Positions 46,771 through 56,713 of a DNA stretch of 64,000 nt are shown in pieces. The stretch lies in NCBI GenBank assembly GCA_963764165.1, contig CAVXRD010000002.1:2816001-2880000 (forward strand), given 5' to 3'. This DNA is from an uncultured Verrucomicrobiae bacterium. Its GTDB lineage: Bacteria; Verrucomicrobiota; Verrucomicrobiia; Limisphaerales; Palsa-1400. The notes below the pieces were generated by a model that had not been told where the DNA came from, ran no database searches, and worked only from the letters and a program-made list of their open reading frames with translations. The position numbers were made by a program, and so were the translations under genes. Position 1 is the first letter of the stretch; every line of letters begins with the position of its first letter.

Positions 46771-48669
46771 TTAGGGGCGCAAGTGGACGAGATACAGATG
46801 CATGGGTGGGCTGGCTGGAATCAGTCTGAAGGTTAACTCACTCGCCACGTCGCCGTGATAGCTCTCCGCCCACTGCGAAATCGTTTGCGGCGCTGGCAAC
46901 GCGAAATCATCAACTACGACGTAATGCATGTTTTGCGCCCGCAGCGTGTCAAGAGAATCGCCTGCCACAACTCGTTCAACTCGCCGCGAGCCAAGAGGCA
47001 TCCAAAAGCCGGGCTCGGAGGCTCCGCACGTTGTGGCGTATCCGACCAGATTTTCTCCCGACAACCCATTGGTTTGAAGGAATTCTCGCTGGGCTTTGAC
47101 CGCTGCTCTGGAGACGTAGTAGTCGCCAAAAGTCGATAGAAACTTGCTCTTGGGGTGCGTGACTTGCAGTTGATTCACGAGGGTGGGAGGCACGAAGTCC
47201 CGGCACCGGCTAAAGCCCAAATGGGCAACCGTGCATGCCATCATTAGCACGACGAGCCATCGCCACCAGCGTTGCTGAACGAGGAACGCGTGTCCGGGCG
47301 ACATCAGAATCAAAGGAAACAGCAGCACATAGTAGGGCGCGGCTTGGCGGGCATTCTGGTAAGTTCCCGCCTTGGCTAGAAACGCCGTGAGGCATACCCA
47401 TGGAGCCAGTCGAAGCAGCCAAAGCCAGCCAGCCACCGGTGGGACAGCAGCTTGGCGCAACCGGTAGCGCCATGCGCCCCATATCGAAATCAGCGCCACC
47501 ATCACCACGATCAGTCCGAGGCCGGCATTGCCTGAGGTTATCGCGCGCTCCAAATGCCCGAAATGCTCAAATTGGGTGAAATGGGCTCCCAGCGGTGTTT
47601 TCAGGAAGCGTTCCATCGCGTCATTCCAAGCCGGTGCAAACGGGAAGAACGGCGGCTCAAGGTTTTGCACTGGGAAACAGAATGCGTTCCCGATCAAGCC
47701 CCACACCGGCGAGGTCAGTTCCTGCTGACGACCCCAAGTTAGAGTTGCAGACCCGCCATCCTTCGGGAAACCCGACCATGTGCCGACATATTTCAGGTTC
47801 AGGCAAGTAGCGGTGACTGCCGAAATCAGAATCCCCAAGGTGGCAACAAGGATGGCGACGGCTGGTCGTTGCAACCAGAGCCGGCGCGCCTGCCAGGCCG
47901 CAATCATCCAAGGCAATAACAAGGGCAGATTGGTTTGCTTCACACCTGTCAACAGGGCCGCGGCCAGCACGGAAATCCACCAATCGCGAGCATCTCCGTT
48001 CTTCGCCGCGCGCAACGCAAAGAGTATCGCAGCCATCACGTAAACCGCAGCCATGCTGTCGTTTGTGCTTGAATACGCCTGCTGCGCAAAACACCACCCC
48101 AGCGACAGATTCCATGTCCACCACCAAGCCACACGGCCCGGCATTTTTAATTGGCGGAATAGCGCAAAAATCAATCCCGGCAGGCAGGCAAATGAGAATA
48201 TGTTTATGAGACATAACCAGCGATCATTTCCGATGAAGAGCACCAATGGCGTGAACAACCATTCAAAACCCGCGGCGGCGATGTTCATGCGGGAATCGCC
48301 AGTGTGAATCCAATGCCACCGGCCCTCGGCCAGCCAGTGCAACACGCGCGGTATTCGGTAGGCATCGGTATCCCAATTGCCTGGACGCTGAACGAGGGCG
48401 GCGGCCAGGCTAAGCAGAAGCGCCAGTAGATAGAGCAGCGGAGCGGGCCGCTTGAATCGGCGCGAAAGCTTGCGCGCCGCCCGCGCGATTTTTTCCCGAA
48501 AATTCCCCTCGAACTTGGGTCGCGCGCAAACGACGAAGACCAGAGCCGCCACCACAAAGCTGATGGCGTATCCGGTTCGGTTCAGCGCGTGGAAGGCGGA
48601 CAAAATCCAGCCGTCGGCCACAAGGAGAGCCGAAAGCAGAATCCAGGCGCGGATGGCTGCGAGCATCAT
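46771..48669 (-). CDS. polytopic membrane protein, GT-C-like glycosyltransferase
   Basis: About 12-13 TM segments, first loop NWDTDAYRIPRVLHW, STND, GVKQTN. Confidence 0.65.
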   Translation of the reverse strand: MMLAAIRAWILLSALLVADGWILSAFHALNRTGYAISFVVAALVFVVCARPKFEGNFREKIARAARKLSRRFKRPAPLLYLLALLLSLAAALVQRPGNWDTDAYRIPRVLHWLAEGRWHWIHTGDSRMNIAAAGFEWLFTPLVLFIGNDRWLCLINIFSFACLPGLIFALFRQLKMPGRVAWWWTWNLSLGWCFAQQAYSSTNDSMAAVYVMAAILFALRAAKNGDARDWWISVLAAALLTGVKQTNLPLLLPWMIAAWQARRLWLQRPAVAILVATLGILISAVTATCLNLKYVGTWSGFPKDGGSATLTWGRQQELTSPVWGLIGNAFCFPVQNLEPPFFPFAPAWNDAMERFLKTPLGAHFTQFEHFGHLERAITSGNAGLGLIVVMVALISIWGAWRYRLRQAAVPPVAGWLWLLRLAPWVCLTAFLAKAGTYQNARQAAPYYVLLFPLILMSPGHAFLVQQRWWRWLVVLMMACTVAHLGFSRCRDFVPPTLVNQLQVTHPKSKFLSTFGDYYVSRAAVKAQREFLQTNGLSGENLVGYATTCGASEPGFWMPLGSRRVERVVAGDSLDTLRAQNMHYVVVDDFALPAPQTISQWAESYHGDVASELTFRLIPASPPMHLYLVHLRP

Positions 48670-48675
48670 CGCTCG

Positions 48676-49863
48676 TCAGACGCCCGGCGGGCTCCGCCGA
48701 ACGGTTTTCAGCCCGAGCACGCTCATGAAAAAACTGGAAAAAATGGATTGAATTCCCAAGAGGATAAGCGTCGATGCGGGGATTAGGCGCCGCAGGTTGT
48801 CCTCCATGGCAGGCAACAGCCCAAAGTGCGCCTGTCCCCAATACCAAACGGCTCGGGCAAACAAAAGCGAACCCGCCAAAAGCACCACTGATCCCGCTAT
48901 AATTCCTTTTTCCAGCGTGAAAATTTTGAAAAGGCGGCTCAATTTCTCATCTTGCGGCAGCAGGCCTTCGCCAATCGCAAAAATCTTGGTGTAAAACGCA
49001 AACGCCACCAACTGGAATCCGACGATCACCGAAAGACTGGCCATGGTCAGCGTTCCCACATTAAATTGAACCCGTCCGATTTGAACATCCCCGACCGCAA
49101 GCATGGCGGAAAATAAAATTCCCAACGCGGAAAGGAAAAGCCCCGGCATCAAAAACAGCCATCGGGGCGAATAGACAAGCATGAAGCGCAAATGCCGCCA
49201 GCCATCACGCCACGGCCGCAAGTGCGGCGGGCGCGAACGCCCGTCTTTGTGCAGGGTTATTGGAACCTCGGCGATGCGGAACCGCTTCAGCGTCGCCTTG
49301 ATGACCATTTCGGACGCGAACTCCATGCCAGTCGTCTGCAAGTCCATTTTTTCGAGCGCCTCCTTGCTGAACGCCCGCAACCCAGCATGAAAATCGTGTG
49401 CCGGGCATTTGAAAAACAAACGGCCAATGAATGACAGGATCGGGTTGCCGATCCATCGATTCTTCCACGGCATGGCGCCAGGCATGATGGTGCCTCCTCC
49501 AATGGGCAGGCGGCAGCCCATCACCAGGTCGAAACCTTCCCGAAATTTTTTGACGAAGCGATCCGCCTCCGAGAAGTCATAGCTGTCATCGGCGTCACCC
49601 ATCAGGATGTATCTGCCTTTTGAGGCGGCGATGCCTCCGCGAAGAGCCGAGCCGTACCCTTTCTCCTTTACGGCAACGACGCGCGCACCCAGCTTTTCGG
49701 CTATGGCTTGAGATCCATCCGTGCTGCCGTTGTCGGCAACGACGATTTCCCCGGTGACGCCTGCGGATGCAATGCCTCGTTTCGCTTTCTCAATGCAGCG
49801 GGCCAGGGTTTCCGCTTCATTTAGGCAGGGCATCAGGATTGTCAACTCAACCGGGTCGGTCAT
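48676..49863 (-). CDS. GT2 polyprenyl-phosphate glycosyltransferase (DPM-synthase-like) with C-terminal TMs
   Basis: MPCLNEA, VADNGSTDGS, KGYGSAL, GDADDSY, MEFASEM, RPPHLRPWRDGWRHL. Confidence 0.92.
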   Translation of the reverse strand: MTDPVELTILMPCLNEAETLARCIEKAKRGIASAGVTGEIVVADNGSTDGSQAIAEKLGARVVAVKEKGYGSALRGGIAASKGRYILMGDADDSYDFSEADRFVKKFREGFDLVMGCRLPIGGGTIMPGAMPWKNRWIGNPILSFIGRLFFKCPAHDFHAGLRAFSKEALEKMDLQTTGMEFASEMVIKATLKRFRIAEVPITLHKDGRSRPPHLRPWRDGWRHLRFMLVYSPRWLFLMPGLFLSALGILFSAMLAVGDVQIGRVQFNVGTLTMASLSVIVGFQLVAFAFYTKIFAIGEGLLPQDEKLSRLFKIFTLEKGIIAGSVVLLAGSLLFARAVWYWGQAHFGLLPAMEDNLRRLIPASTLILLGIQSIFSSFFMSVLGLKTVRRSPPGV

Positions 49864-49997
49864 TTGCGATATGTAATATGCGGCACATGAAATTGGGAAG
49901 TCTAAAGTGCGAGTCCCAGCCCGCTTTCGGCTGCAATCGTGCCTCAAACAAATTTCTGTGACACCGCGCGCCCGGTGATTATACTTTCCCCACTATC

Positions 49998-51410
49998 GTG
50001 AGCACACCCAAGAGCGTCATCGAATCAGCCCACAAACAAGGCGCCCGGATGGTCGACATCAAGTTCGTCGACACCTTCGGCGCCTGGCAGCACTTCAGCG
50101 TCCCCGTCTCGGAATTGACCGAGGAGGTATTTAAAGAAGGTTATGGATTTGACGGTTCCTCCATTCGCGGTTGGAAATCCATCGAGGCTTCCGACATGCT
50201 CGCCATGCCCGATCCTTCGACCGCCTTCATCGATCCATTTTGCGGCGTCCCGACCTTGTCGCTGACCTGCACCATCGCCGAAACCGGCACCAAGGAAGCC
50301 TACAACCGCGATCCACGCGGCATCGCCCAGCGCGGCGAGAAATACCTTGCCTCAACCGGATTGGCCGACACGGCAGTTTTCGGGCCGGAGGCGGAATTTT
50401 TTATTTTTGACAACGTCCAGTTCGACAGCAAGTCCAACGGCTGCTCTTATTCCGTTGATTCCGAGGAAGCCGTGTGGAATACCGGGCGCGAGGAGCAGCC
50501 GAACCTTGGCTATAAAATCCGACACAAGGAAGGCTACTTCCCCGTCTCGCCGAATGACACGCAGCAGGACATCCGCACCGAAATGTGCCTGGTGATGGAG
50601 CAATTGGGCATCAAAGTCGAGCGCCAGCACCACGAGGTGGCGACGGCGGGGCAGGCGGAAATTGATTTTCGTTTTGACACGCTGGTGAAGACGGCGGACA
50701 CGATGATGCTTTACAAATACATCGTCAAAAACGTTGCCCGCAAACACGGCAAAACCGTGACCTTCATGCCGAAGCCGCTTTATGGCGACAACGGCTCCGG
50801 CATGCACACGCACCAGAGTTTGTGGAAAAAGGGCAAACCGCTTTTTGCCGGCAAGGAATACGCGGGCTTGAGCCAGATGGCACTTTACTACATTGGCGGC
50901 ATTCTGAAACACGCGCGCGCCCTATGCGGCTTGTGCAATCCCACCACCAACAGCTACAAGCGATTGGTTCCCGGATACGAAGCGCCCGTCAACCTGGCTT
51001 ACTCCGCTCGCAATCGCAGCGCAGCCATCCGCATCCCGACCTTCAGCGACAATCCCAAGGCCAAACGAATCGAATATCGCCCGCCCGATCCCGCCGCCAA
51101 TCCGTATCTCGCCTACACCGCCCTCTTGATGGCCGGGCTTGACGGAGTCTTGAACAAAATCGACCCTGGCCAGCCGCTCGACAAAAACATTTACGAACTT
51201 CCGCCAGAAGAAGCCGCCAAGGTTCCGAACGTTCCGTCCAGCCTGGGAGAGGCGCTTGATTGCCTGGAGCGCGACCATGAATTTTTGCTGGCGGGCAGCG
51301 TCTTCACCCGCGATTTCCTGGAAATGTGGATCAGCCACAAACGCAAAGAGCACGACGCCCTGCGCCTTCGCCCGCATCCCTATGAATTCCACTTGTATTA
51401 TGATGTGTAA
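49998..51410 (+). CDS. glnA: glutamine synthetase type I
   Basis: [47 protein letters not shown], adenylylation-site KNIYEL. Confidence 0.97.
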   Translation: MSTPKSVIESAHKQGARMVDIKFVDTFGAWQHFSVPVSELTEEVFKEGYGFDGSSIRGWKSIEASDMLAMPDPSTAFIDPFCGVPTLSLTCTIAETGTKEAYNRDPRGIAQRGEKYLASTGLADTAVFGPEAEFFIFDNVQFDSKSNGCSYSVDSEEAVWNTGREEQPNLGYKIRHKEGYFPVSPNDTQQDIRTEMCLVMEQLGIKVERQHHEVATAGQAEIDFRFDTLVKTADTMMLYKYIVKNVARKHGKTVTFMPKPLYGDNGSGMHTHQSLWKKGKPLFAGKEYAGLSQMALYYIGGILKHARALCGLCNPTTNSYKRLVPGYEAPVNLAYSARNRSAAIRIPTFSDNPKAKRIEYRPPDPAANPYLAYTALLMAGLDGVLNKIDPGQPLDKNIYELPPEEAAKVPNVPSSLGEALDCLERDHEFLLAGSVFTRDFLEMWISHKRKEHDALRLRPHPYEFHLYYDV

Positions 51411-51440
51411 AAGGTAGGGACGCCTCGCCGAGGCGTCCGG
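51410..51440 (+). repeat. single GTAG-type REP (family C) directly after glnA
   Basis: Identical to 13579-13609. Confidence 0.85.
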
Positions 51441-51502
51441 GCTGAGTCATTATCCAGACATCAACCCGCAATAGAACTGAAACAAAGCTAACAAACAAAT
51501 CT

Positions 51503-52078
51503 ATGAGCCAATTGTTTGCCATTTGTTATATAATTCCCGTCGTAATGCTATCTGGCTGCTGCCAGCCCGCCCCGCGAATGAGCGATGCTTCGCTTCCCAG
51601 CAAGCCAACTCGCGCAGTGGATCCTTTGCTTGACGCGATGACGGGCAAGTGGGTTGCCAGTGTAACCGTCATGGGCACGCAGCGCGTGGATGACATCGAT
51701 GCAAAGTGGATTCTGAACGGCGGTTATTTGCAATTGCACGAACTGTCCGAGAAAAAAGATACAGCAGGCAAATCCGTCTACGAAGCCATCGTCCTGATGG
51801 AGATCGATCCAAAAACGCACGAATACAATTGCCTCTGGCTCGACACGACAGGCGGCGGCGGCCTGTCGCCACACCACACCATCGGCCAGGGGAAAATGGA
51901 AGGCGACTCCATTCCGCTCCTCTTCAAATCGAGCAACGGCGACCTCTTTCATACAACCTTCGTCTACAACCGCAGCGAGAACACGTGGAAATGGATTCTT
52001 GATGGCGAGTCCGACGGCAAGCTTGAACCCTTCGCGCGTTTGACATTAACGAAAGCCTCTGCGCGTTCCGAGCACTAG
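51503..52078 (+). CDS. hypothetical lipoprotein (DUF1579-like beta-barrel)
   Basis: Lipobox LSGC; G.W, WILNGGYL, WLDTTG pattern. Confidence 0.7.
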   Translation: MSQLFAICYIIPVVMLSGCCQPAPRMSDASLPSKPTRAVDPLLDAMTGKWVASVTVMGTQRVDDIDAKWILNGGYLQLHELSEKKDTAGKSVYEAIVLMEIDPKTHEYNCLWLDTTGGGGLSPHHTIGQGKMEGDSIPLLFKSSNGDLFHTTFVYNRSENTWKWILDGESDGKLEPFARLTLTKASARSEH

Positions 52079-52300
52079 CGAAGCTGCCAACGAACCTTGG
52101 CAGTGGGCGCAAATGCCAGCATCCCGGCAGGGATGCAAGCTTGTAGCCGGTGGTTGAGCGAAGCGATACCACCGGAAAATGTCCCAAAAACCTCCTGCAT
52201 CCTGGAAGGATGCCAGCATGAATTGTCGCACCGCCATGAGGCTGTCATCCCTGCCGGGATGAGTCGTTATATTCTTTGGGTCCGGTGGTGTCGCTCCGCT

Positions 52301-53600
52301 CACTCGTGTCCAGTTAAGGCGTTGCCAACGCGCCCAAAGTCGTTGATTATCGCAGGGTTGGGGAATTTGGGGTTTGTTCTCGATATCCAGTTTGGAAGCG
52401 GGTTTGCTGGGCAAATGCCTTCCCACCAAAACGTGTTTTCCCAATTAACCGATCTCCTTTATCCGTCCGAATTTCGGCGTTGCGCTGAGGCCTTTCCCAT
52501 GAAGCGCTCCTCGCGCTCGTTCAGCGCCTACGACCATTTCCTGGCTCTGTGTTTCGGACAATTGACTTACCGTGAGAGTCTGCGCGACATTGTTGCCTGC
52601 CTGCAGGCCCGTCCACGCATGCAGTATCATTTGGGCTTTCGGGGAAGGATCACACGGACCAATCTGGCTTACTCCAACGAAAACCGGGATTGGCGGGTCT
52701 TTGCCGGAGTGGCCGAAGTGCTGATGCGGCGCGCCCGCGCGCTTTACCAGCCTGAAAACGCAGACCCGGATTTTCCCGCCGTCGCGCTGGCTTTGGACAG
52801 CTCCATCATTCATCTGAGCATCAAAATCTTTCCTTGGGCCTATTGGGGACGGTCCCGCGCCGGCGCGATGAAGCTCCACACGATGCTGTCCTTCCGGGGG
52901 GACCTGCCGGTGTGGGCGGCGCTCACGGAAGCCTCTGTTCCCGACGTGAAAATGCTCGACCAGATTCCCTTGGAGCGCGGCGCCTTCCATGTGATGGACC
53001 GGGCCTATTTGGATTTCGCCAGGCTGATGAATGTGGAAACCGCCGGGGCCAAATTCGTCGTGCGCAACAAGCGGCAGATCAAATTCAGGGTGAAGGCATC
53101 TCGCGTCGTTGACAAGGATGGCGGTTTGCGGTGCGATCAAACCATTCGCTTGACTGGCGAAGACTCCAAAGGCCGGTATCCGGTTCCGCTCAGGCGAGTG
53201 GTTTTTCGGGACGCGCTGGAAGAGCGCACGCTGGTGTTTCTGACCAATGATTTCGAACTGCCTCCTCTGACCATTTGTGAATTATACAAAAAGCGATGGA
53301 GGGTGGAGCTGTTCTTCAAATGGATCAAGCAGCACCTGCGGATCCGCCGCTTCATCGGCCATTCCCGCAACGCCATTCAATGCCAGATATGGTGCGCCAT
53401 TTGCACTTACCTCTTGGTGGCCATCGCCAAAAAGCATTGGAAATTGGAGAAAAGTCTGTATGAAATCCTGCAAATTTTCAGCGTCAGCGCGTTTGAGCAA
53501 ACCCCTCTGGGTGAGCTGCTTGCAACAAACGCCATTTCCGAAAACGATTCGGAAAGTCGTAACACATTGCCTTTGTTTCACTTATAACTGGACACGCATG
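52301..53600 (+). mobile_element. complete IS4-family insertion sequence, 1300 bp
   Basis: IRL CACTCGTGTCCAGTTA, IRR TAACTGGACACGCATG; direct repeat CGCTCCGCT at 52292-52300 and 53601-53609. Confidence 0.93.
52415..53587 (+). CDS. IS4-family DDE transposase (DUF4372 N-terminus)
   Basis: FGQLTYRESLRDI, LDSS, KLHT, VMDRAYLDF, YKKRWRVELFFKWIKQHL (YREK motif); stop lies inside the IRR. Confidence 0.95.
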   Translation: MPSHQNVFSQLTDLLYPSEFRRCAEAFPMKRSSRSFSAYDHFLALCFGQLTYRESLRDIVACLQARPRMQYHLGFRGRITRTNLAYSNENRDWRVFAGVAEVLMRRARALYQPENADPDFPAVALALDSSIIHLSIKIFPWAYWGRSRAGAMKLHTMLSFRGDLPVWAALTEASVPDVKMLDQIPLERGAFHVMDRAYLDFARLMNVETAGAKFVVRNKRQIKFRVKASRVVDKDGGLRCDQTIRLTGEDSKGRYPVPLRRVVFRDALEERTLVFLTNDFELPPLTICELYKKRWRVELFFKWIKQHLRIRRFIGHSRNAIQCQIWCAICTYLLVAIAKKHWKLEKSLYEILQIFSVSAFEQTPLGELLATNAISENDSESRNTLPLFHL

Positions 53601-53804
53601 CGCTCCGCTCAACCACCGGCTACAAGCTGTGATGCCTCCGGCATCCTCCGCAGACGCACTTCGGCGATTTAGCTAATTCAGCGGAATGCCCGCCTCTCCG
53701 CCCGCAACGCCATCGAAATGGCCTGCTACGATTAGGGACATTGACGATGCGGTTATCAACCTCGCGGCAGTGACTGTCTGAGTTGCCGGCACGCGGCTTC
53801 AAAC

Positions 53805-54164
53805 CTAAATTATCCACGGCGCAGGGCTCCCTTTGAATCTAATCTGTATGCACTCGTATTTATCCGAATCGTCCGCGAGATGCATCTCGATGCCATTAGC
53901 GAATACGATGGCAATTAACCGGTCCGTCTTTATCTCGCACCGGGTTATTTCTGTGTTCATGATGTCGTAGAATGCGTCATCGGGCCACTTTCCCTCCTCC
54001 CAGTGACCGATCAACTCTGTACCACGAAATAAGTTTATCGGTGATGTGACGCCAAAACTGACGACTCCAAATGTGAACTGAAGATCAAATTGCCCTACCC
54101 TTATTTGTGTCGTGAATTCTCCGACAATGGGTGACAGGTCAAGCTCTTTGGGAATCCTGTACAT
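53805..54164 (-). CDS. hypothetical protein (119 aa)
   Basis: AT-richer, protein-like ORF downstream of mqnC; no function recognised. Confidence 0.75.
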   Translation of the reverse strand: MYRIPKELDLSPIVGEFTTQIRVGQFDLQFTFGVVSFGVTSPINLFRGTELIGHWEEGKWPDDAFYDIMNTEITRCEIKTDRLIAIVFANGIEMHLADDSDKYECIQIRFKGSPAPWII

Positions 54165-54218
54165 GTTCTTCAGCCCAAGTAGACCAGATTTGCTTTTGAG
54201 CCGTAGCCCACGGACAGT

Positions 54219-55310
54219 TCAATTCAACAAATTATACCAGTTATCCCGCTGGTGGGCTTCGTAGCCGAGTTGTTCGATGAGGCGGCGCATGTCGGCGACT
54301 CCCATGCGGTAGGTCGTGCCGGCTTGCGAAACGACGTTTTCTTCGATCATGATGCTGCCGAGGTCGTTGGCGCCGTATTGGAGGGCGACCTGGCCGATTT
54401 CCAAACCTTGCGTCACCCACGAGCTTTGCACGCTGGGGAAATTATCGAGATAAATGCGGCTCAGCGCCTGCGTTTTTAAATACTCGTGCGCGCCAACGGT
54501 CGGAGCTTTGAGCTTTGTGTGCTCGGCTTGAAAGGTCCAGCCGATGAAGGCGGTGAAGCCTTTGCTTTTGTCTTGCTGGGCGCGGACACGCTCCAAATGC
54601 TCCACGCGATCTTCGATGGTTTCGACGTGGCCGAACATCATCGTCGCCGACGAACTCAGGCCGAGGCGGTGCGCCACGTCCATCACTTCAAGCCAATCGT
54701 CGCTCATGGCCTTGAGCGGAGAGATGCGTTTGCGGACGCGGTCGACTAAAATTTCGCCGCCGCCGCCGGGAATCGATCCCAGCCCCGCCTTCACAAATTG
54801 CGCAATGATTTCCTCCAGCGGCAGATTGAACACTTCGCGGAAATGGATGAATTCGCTGGGGCTGAATCCGTGGATGTTCACCTGCGGAAATTTGCCTTTT
54901 ATATGCGACAGCAAATCCAGGTACCATTGCATCGTCAATTTCGGGTGATGCCCGCCCTGCATCAAAATCTGCGTGCCGCCCAGGGCAATCGTCTCCTCAA
55001 TTTTGCGATCCATTTCATCGAAGGTGATCACATAGGAATCCGCGTCCGACTCCACGCGGTAAAAGGCGCAGAATTTGCAATAGACATTGCAGACGTTCGT
55101 ATAATTGACGTTGCGGTCGACGATGTAGGTGACGATGTCGTTGCCGCGCCCGCCGTGGGCTTGGGCGCGGGCCAGTTGCCGCCGCCGATGCGCGAGCATG
55201 CCCAATTCCTCCAGCGGCAAATGGTAAAGCTGCACGGCTTCCTGCGGGCCAATGCGCCGGCCCTCCCAGACCGCGTGCAACAGATCGTCAGATGGCAATT
55301 CGGCGGTCAT
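54219..55310 (-). CDS. mqnC: cyclic dehypoxanthine futalosine synthase (radical SAM)
   Basis: YIVDRNVNYTNVCNVYCKFCAF, LMQGGHHP, IPGGGGEIL, QSSWVTQG, GSIMIEENVV. Confidence 0.92.
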   Translation of the reverse strand: MTAELPSDDLLHAVWEGRRIGPQEAVQLYHLPLEELGMLAHRRRQLARAQAHGGRGNDIVTYIVDRNVNYTNVCNVYCKFCAFYRVESDADSYVITFDEMDRKIEETIALGGTQILMQGGHHPKLTMQWYLDLLSHIKGKFPQVNIHGFSPSEFIHFREVFNLPLEEIIAQFVKAGLGSIPGGGGEILVDRVRKRISPLKAMSDDWLEVMDVAHRLGLSSSATMMFGHVETIEDRVEHLERVRAQQDKSKGFTAFIGWTFQAEHTKLKAPTVGAHEYLKTQALSRIYLDNFPSVQSSWVTQGLEIGQVALQYGANDLGSIMIEENVVSQAGTTYRMGVADMRRLIEQLGYEAHQRDNWYNLLN

Positions 55311-55319
55311 TTATAAACT

Positions 55320-55934
55320 TTAAGAGCGTCTGCTTCCTGCGTCCGGACGGCGGGGATCCGGTGCGAATCGAATATCGGTGTAGACATCGGACATCGAAAT
55401 GGTGACTCCGATTGAAGGCATCGTCAGCTTCTGCTCCAATCCTTCAACGTCGCGAAGAATCCACTGCCCACTTTCCTGCCTTGCAAAATGCTCAATGAGC
55501 GGTTTGTATTGATTTACCAAGATATACTCGCGCAAAGACGGAAGCCGTCGGTACATCTCAAATTTCTTTCCCCGGTCATAAGCCTCACGCGATTCCGACA
55601 GAACCTCGAAGATGATCGTGGGGTTGAGCAAGGTGTCCTCGTGCTCGTCCTCAAGTTGATCCTCGCCACACGCGATTGACACGTCAGGATATGTGTATAG
55701 CCCGGACACCTGAACTTTCACGCGCATATCCGACGTATAAACACGACACTGGCATCCTTTAAGTTGCGACCTAATGAAGTGATTTAAGTTCGATGCAATC
55801 AGGCTGTGCGCTTTGATTCCCCCGGACATGGCGAACATTTCGCCGTCGAGGAATTCACTCTTGAACTCCGCGCGCCGCTCGATTTCGAGATATTCAGCCT
55901 CGGTCAGCCGGTGAACAGGATTGGCGACAGCCAT
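55320..55934 (-). CDS. Uma2/DUF820 family endonuclease-like protein
   Basis: EYLEIERRAEFKSEFLDGEMFAM, YTYPDV, FEVLS..YDRGKKF..Y..LPSLREYILV. Confidence 0.92.
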   Translation of the reverse strand: MAVANPVHRLTEAEYLEIERRAEFKSEFLDGEMFAMSGGIKAHSLIASNLNHFIRSQLKGCQCRVYTSDMRVKVQVSGLYTYPDVSIACGEDQLEDEHEDTLLNPTIIFEVLSESREAYDRGKKFEMYRRLPSLREYILVNQYKPLIEHFARQESGQWILRDVEGLEQKLTMPSIGVTISMSDVYTDIRFAPDPRRPDAGSRRS

Positions 55935-56060
55935 AGAAACAACTTGGGTCAGCGTGGCATTGAAATCAAGCCGTTTCCAAGGCCAAGGCCCGCCTCGCTG
56001 GCGAGGCTCTTTGGCAGGCGCGCCTCGCCGGAGGCGTCCCTGTCTTTCGTGCCGGAAGTT

Positions 56061-56684
56061 TTACTTCGGCGTTACCAAAATGAAATCGTCGCGGCGGTTT
56101 TTCTTCCAGGCGGTTTCATCGTGGCCGGGATCAGCCGGGCGGGAGGCGCCAAAGGTCATCGTCTTGATGCGTGCCGCATCCACGCCAAGATTGGCCAGGT
56201 ATTCGCGGGCGGCCAGAGCGCGGCGTTCGCCGAGCGACAGGTTGTATTTTTCCGTGCCGCGTTCATCGCAATTGCCTTGGATGATCAAGGCATCAAGGCG
56301 CGTATTGCCTTTGAAATAGGTCGCAACTTCCTGGAGTTTGGCTTCCTCGGACGGCTTGATCGCGGCACTGTCGAAGTCAAAAAGGACTGTATCCGCCTTG
56401 AATTTTTCGGTTTCTTGAGGGCCATCGAACTGGTATTTGCCATTGGCATCAAGGGGAATATTCCCATTAACAGCAGTGGGATTCTGCGCGTTGCCAAGAT
56501 TTCCGCCGTTGCCGATTCCCGGCGGCGGTGTTTGCGCTCCGGTGGTGGGTTGTCCTCCAGTGCCGTTCCCGCCAGCGGGATCCGGAAACGGAGTCACCCG
56601 CGTCTTGTCTCCAGCGCAACCGCTCATGCCCGCAGCCAGGGCGAAGCTGAGCAACACCGTTCCGATCAAATTTAAATTTTTCAT
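56061..56684 (-). CDS. pal: peptidoglycan-associated lipoprotein (OmpA domain)
   Basis: Lipobox MSGC; FDFDS, GNCDERGTEKYNLSLGERRA, KNRR. Confidence 0.93.
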   Translation of the reverse strand: MKNLNLIGTVLLSFALAAGMSGCAGDKTRVTPFPDPAGGNGTGGQPTTGAQTPPPGIGNGGNLGNAQNPTAVNGNIPLDANGKYQFDGPQETEKFKADTVLFDFDSAAIKPSEEAKLQEVATYFKGNTRLDALIIQGNCDERGTEKYNLSLGERRALAAREYLANLGVDAARIKTMTFGASRPADPGHDETAWKKNRRDDFILVTPK

Positions 56685-56713
56685 GTTTTCTGTAAGTTAT
56701 GGGATTCTGTCTT

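Larger units (their letters stand above)
52119..53645. repeat. family A palindromic element split by the IS (arms 52119-52300 and 53601-53645)
   Basis: AGCTTGTAGCCGGTGGTTGAGCG on the left and CGCTCAACCACCGGCTACAAGCT on the right; matches 2108-2322. Confidence 0.85.

Noticed and set aside
52097..52414. N-terminal extension of the transposase ORF
   Set aside because: Runs through the flanking repeat and outside the IS left end; ATG 52415 fits the family.
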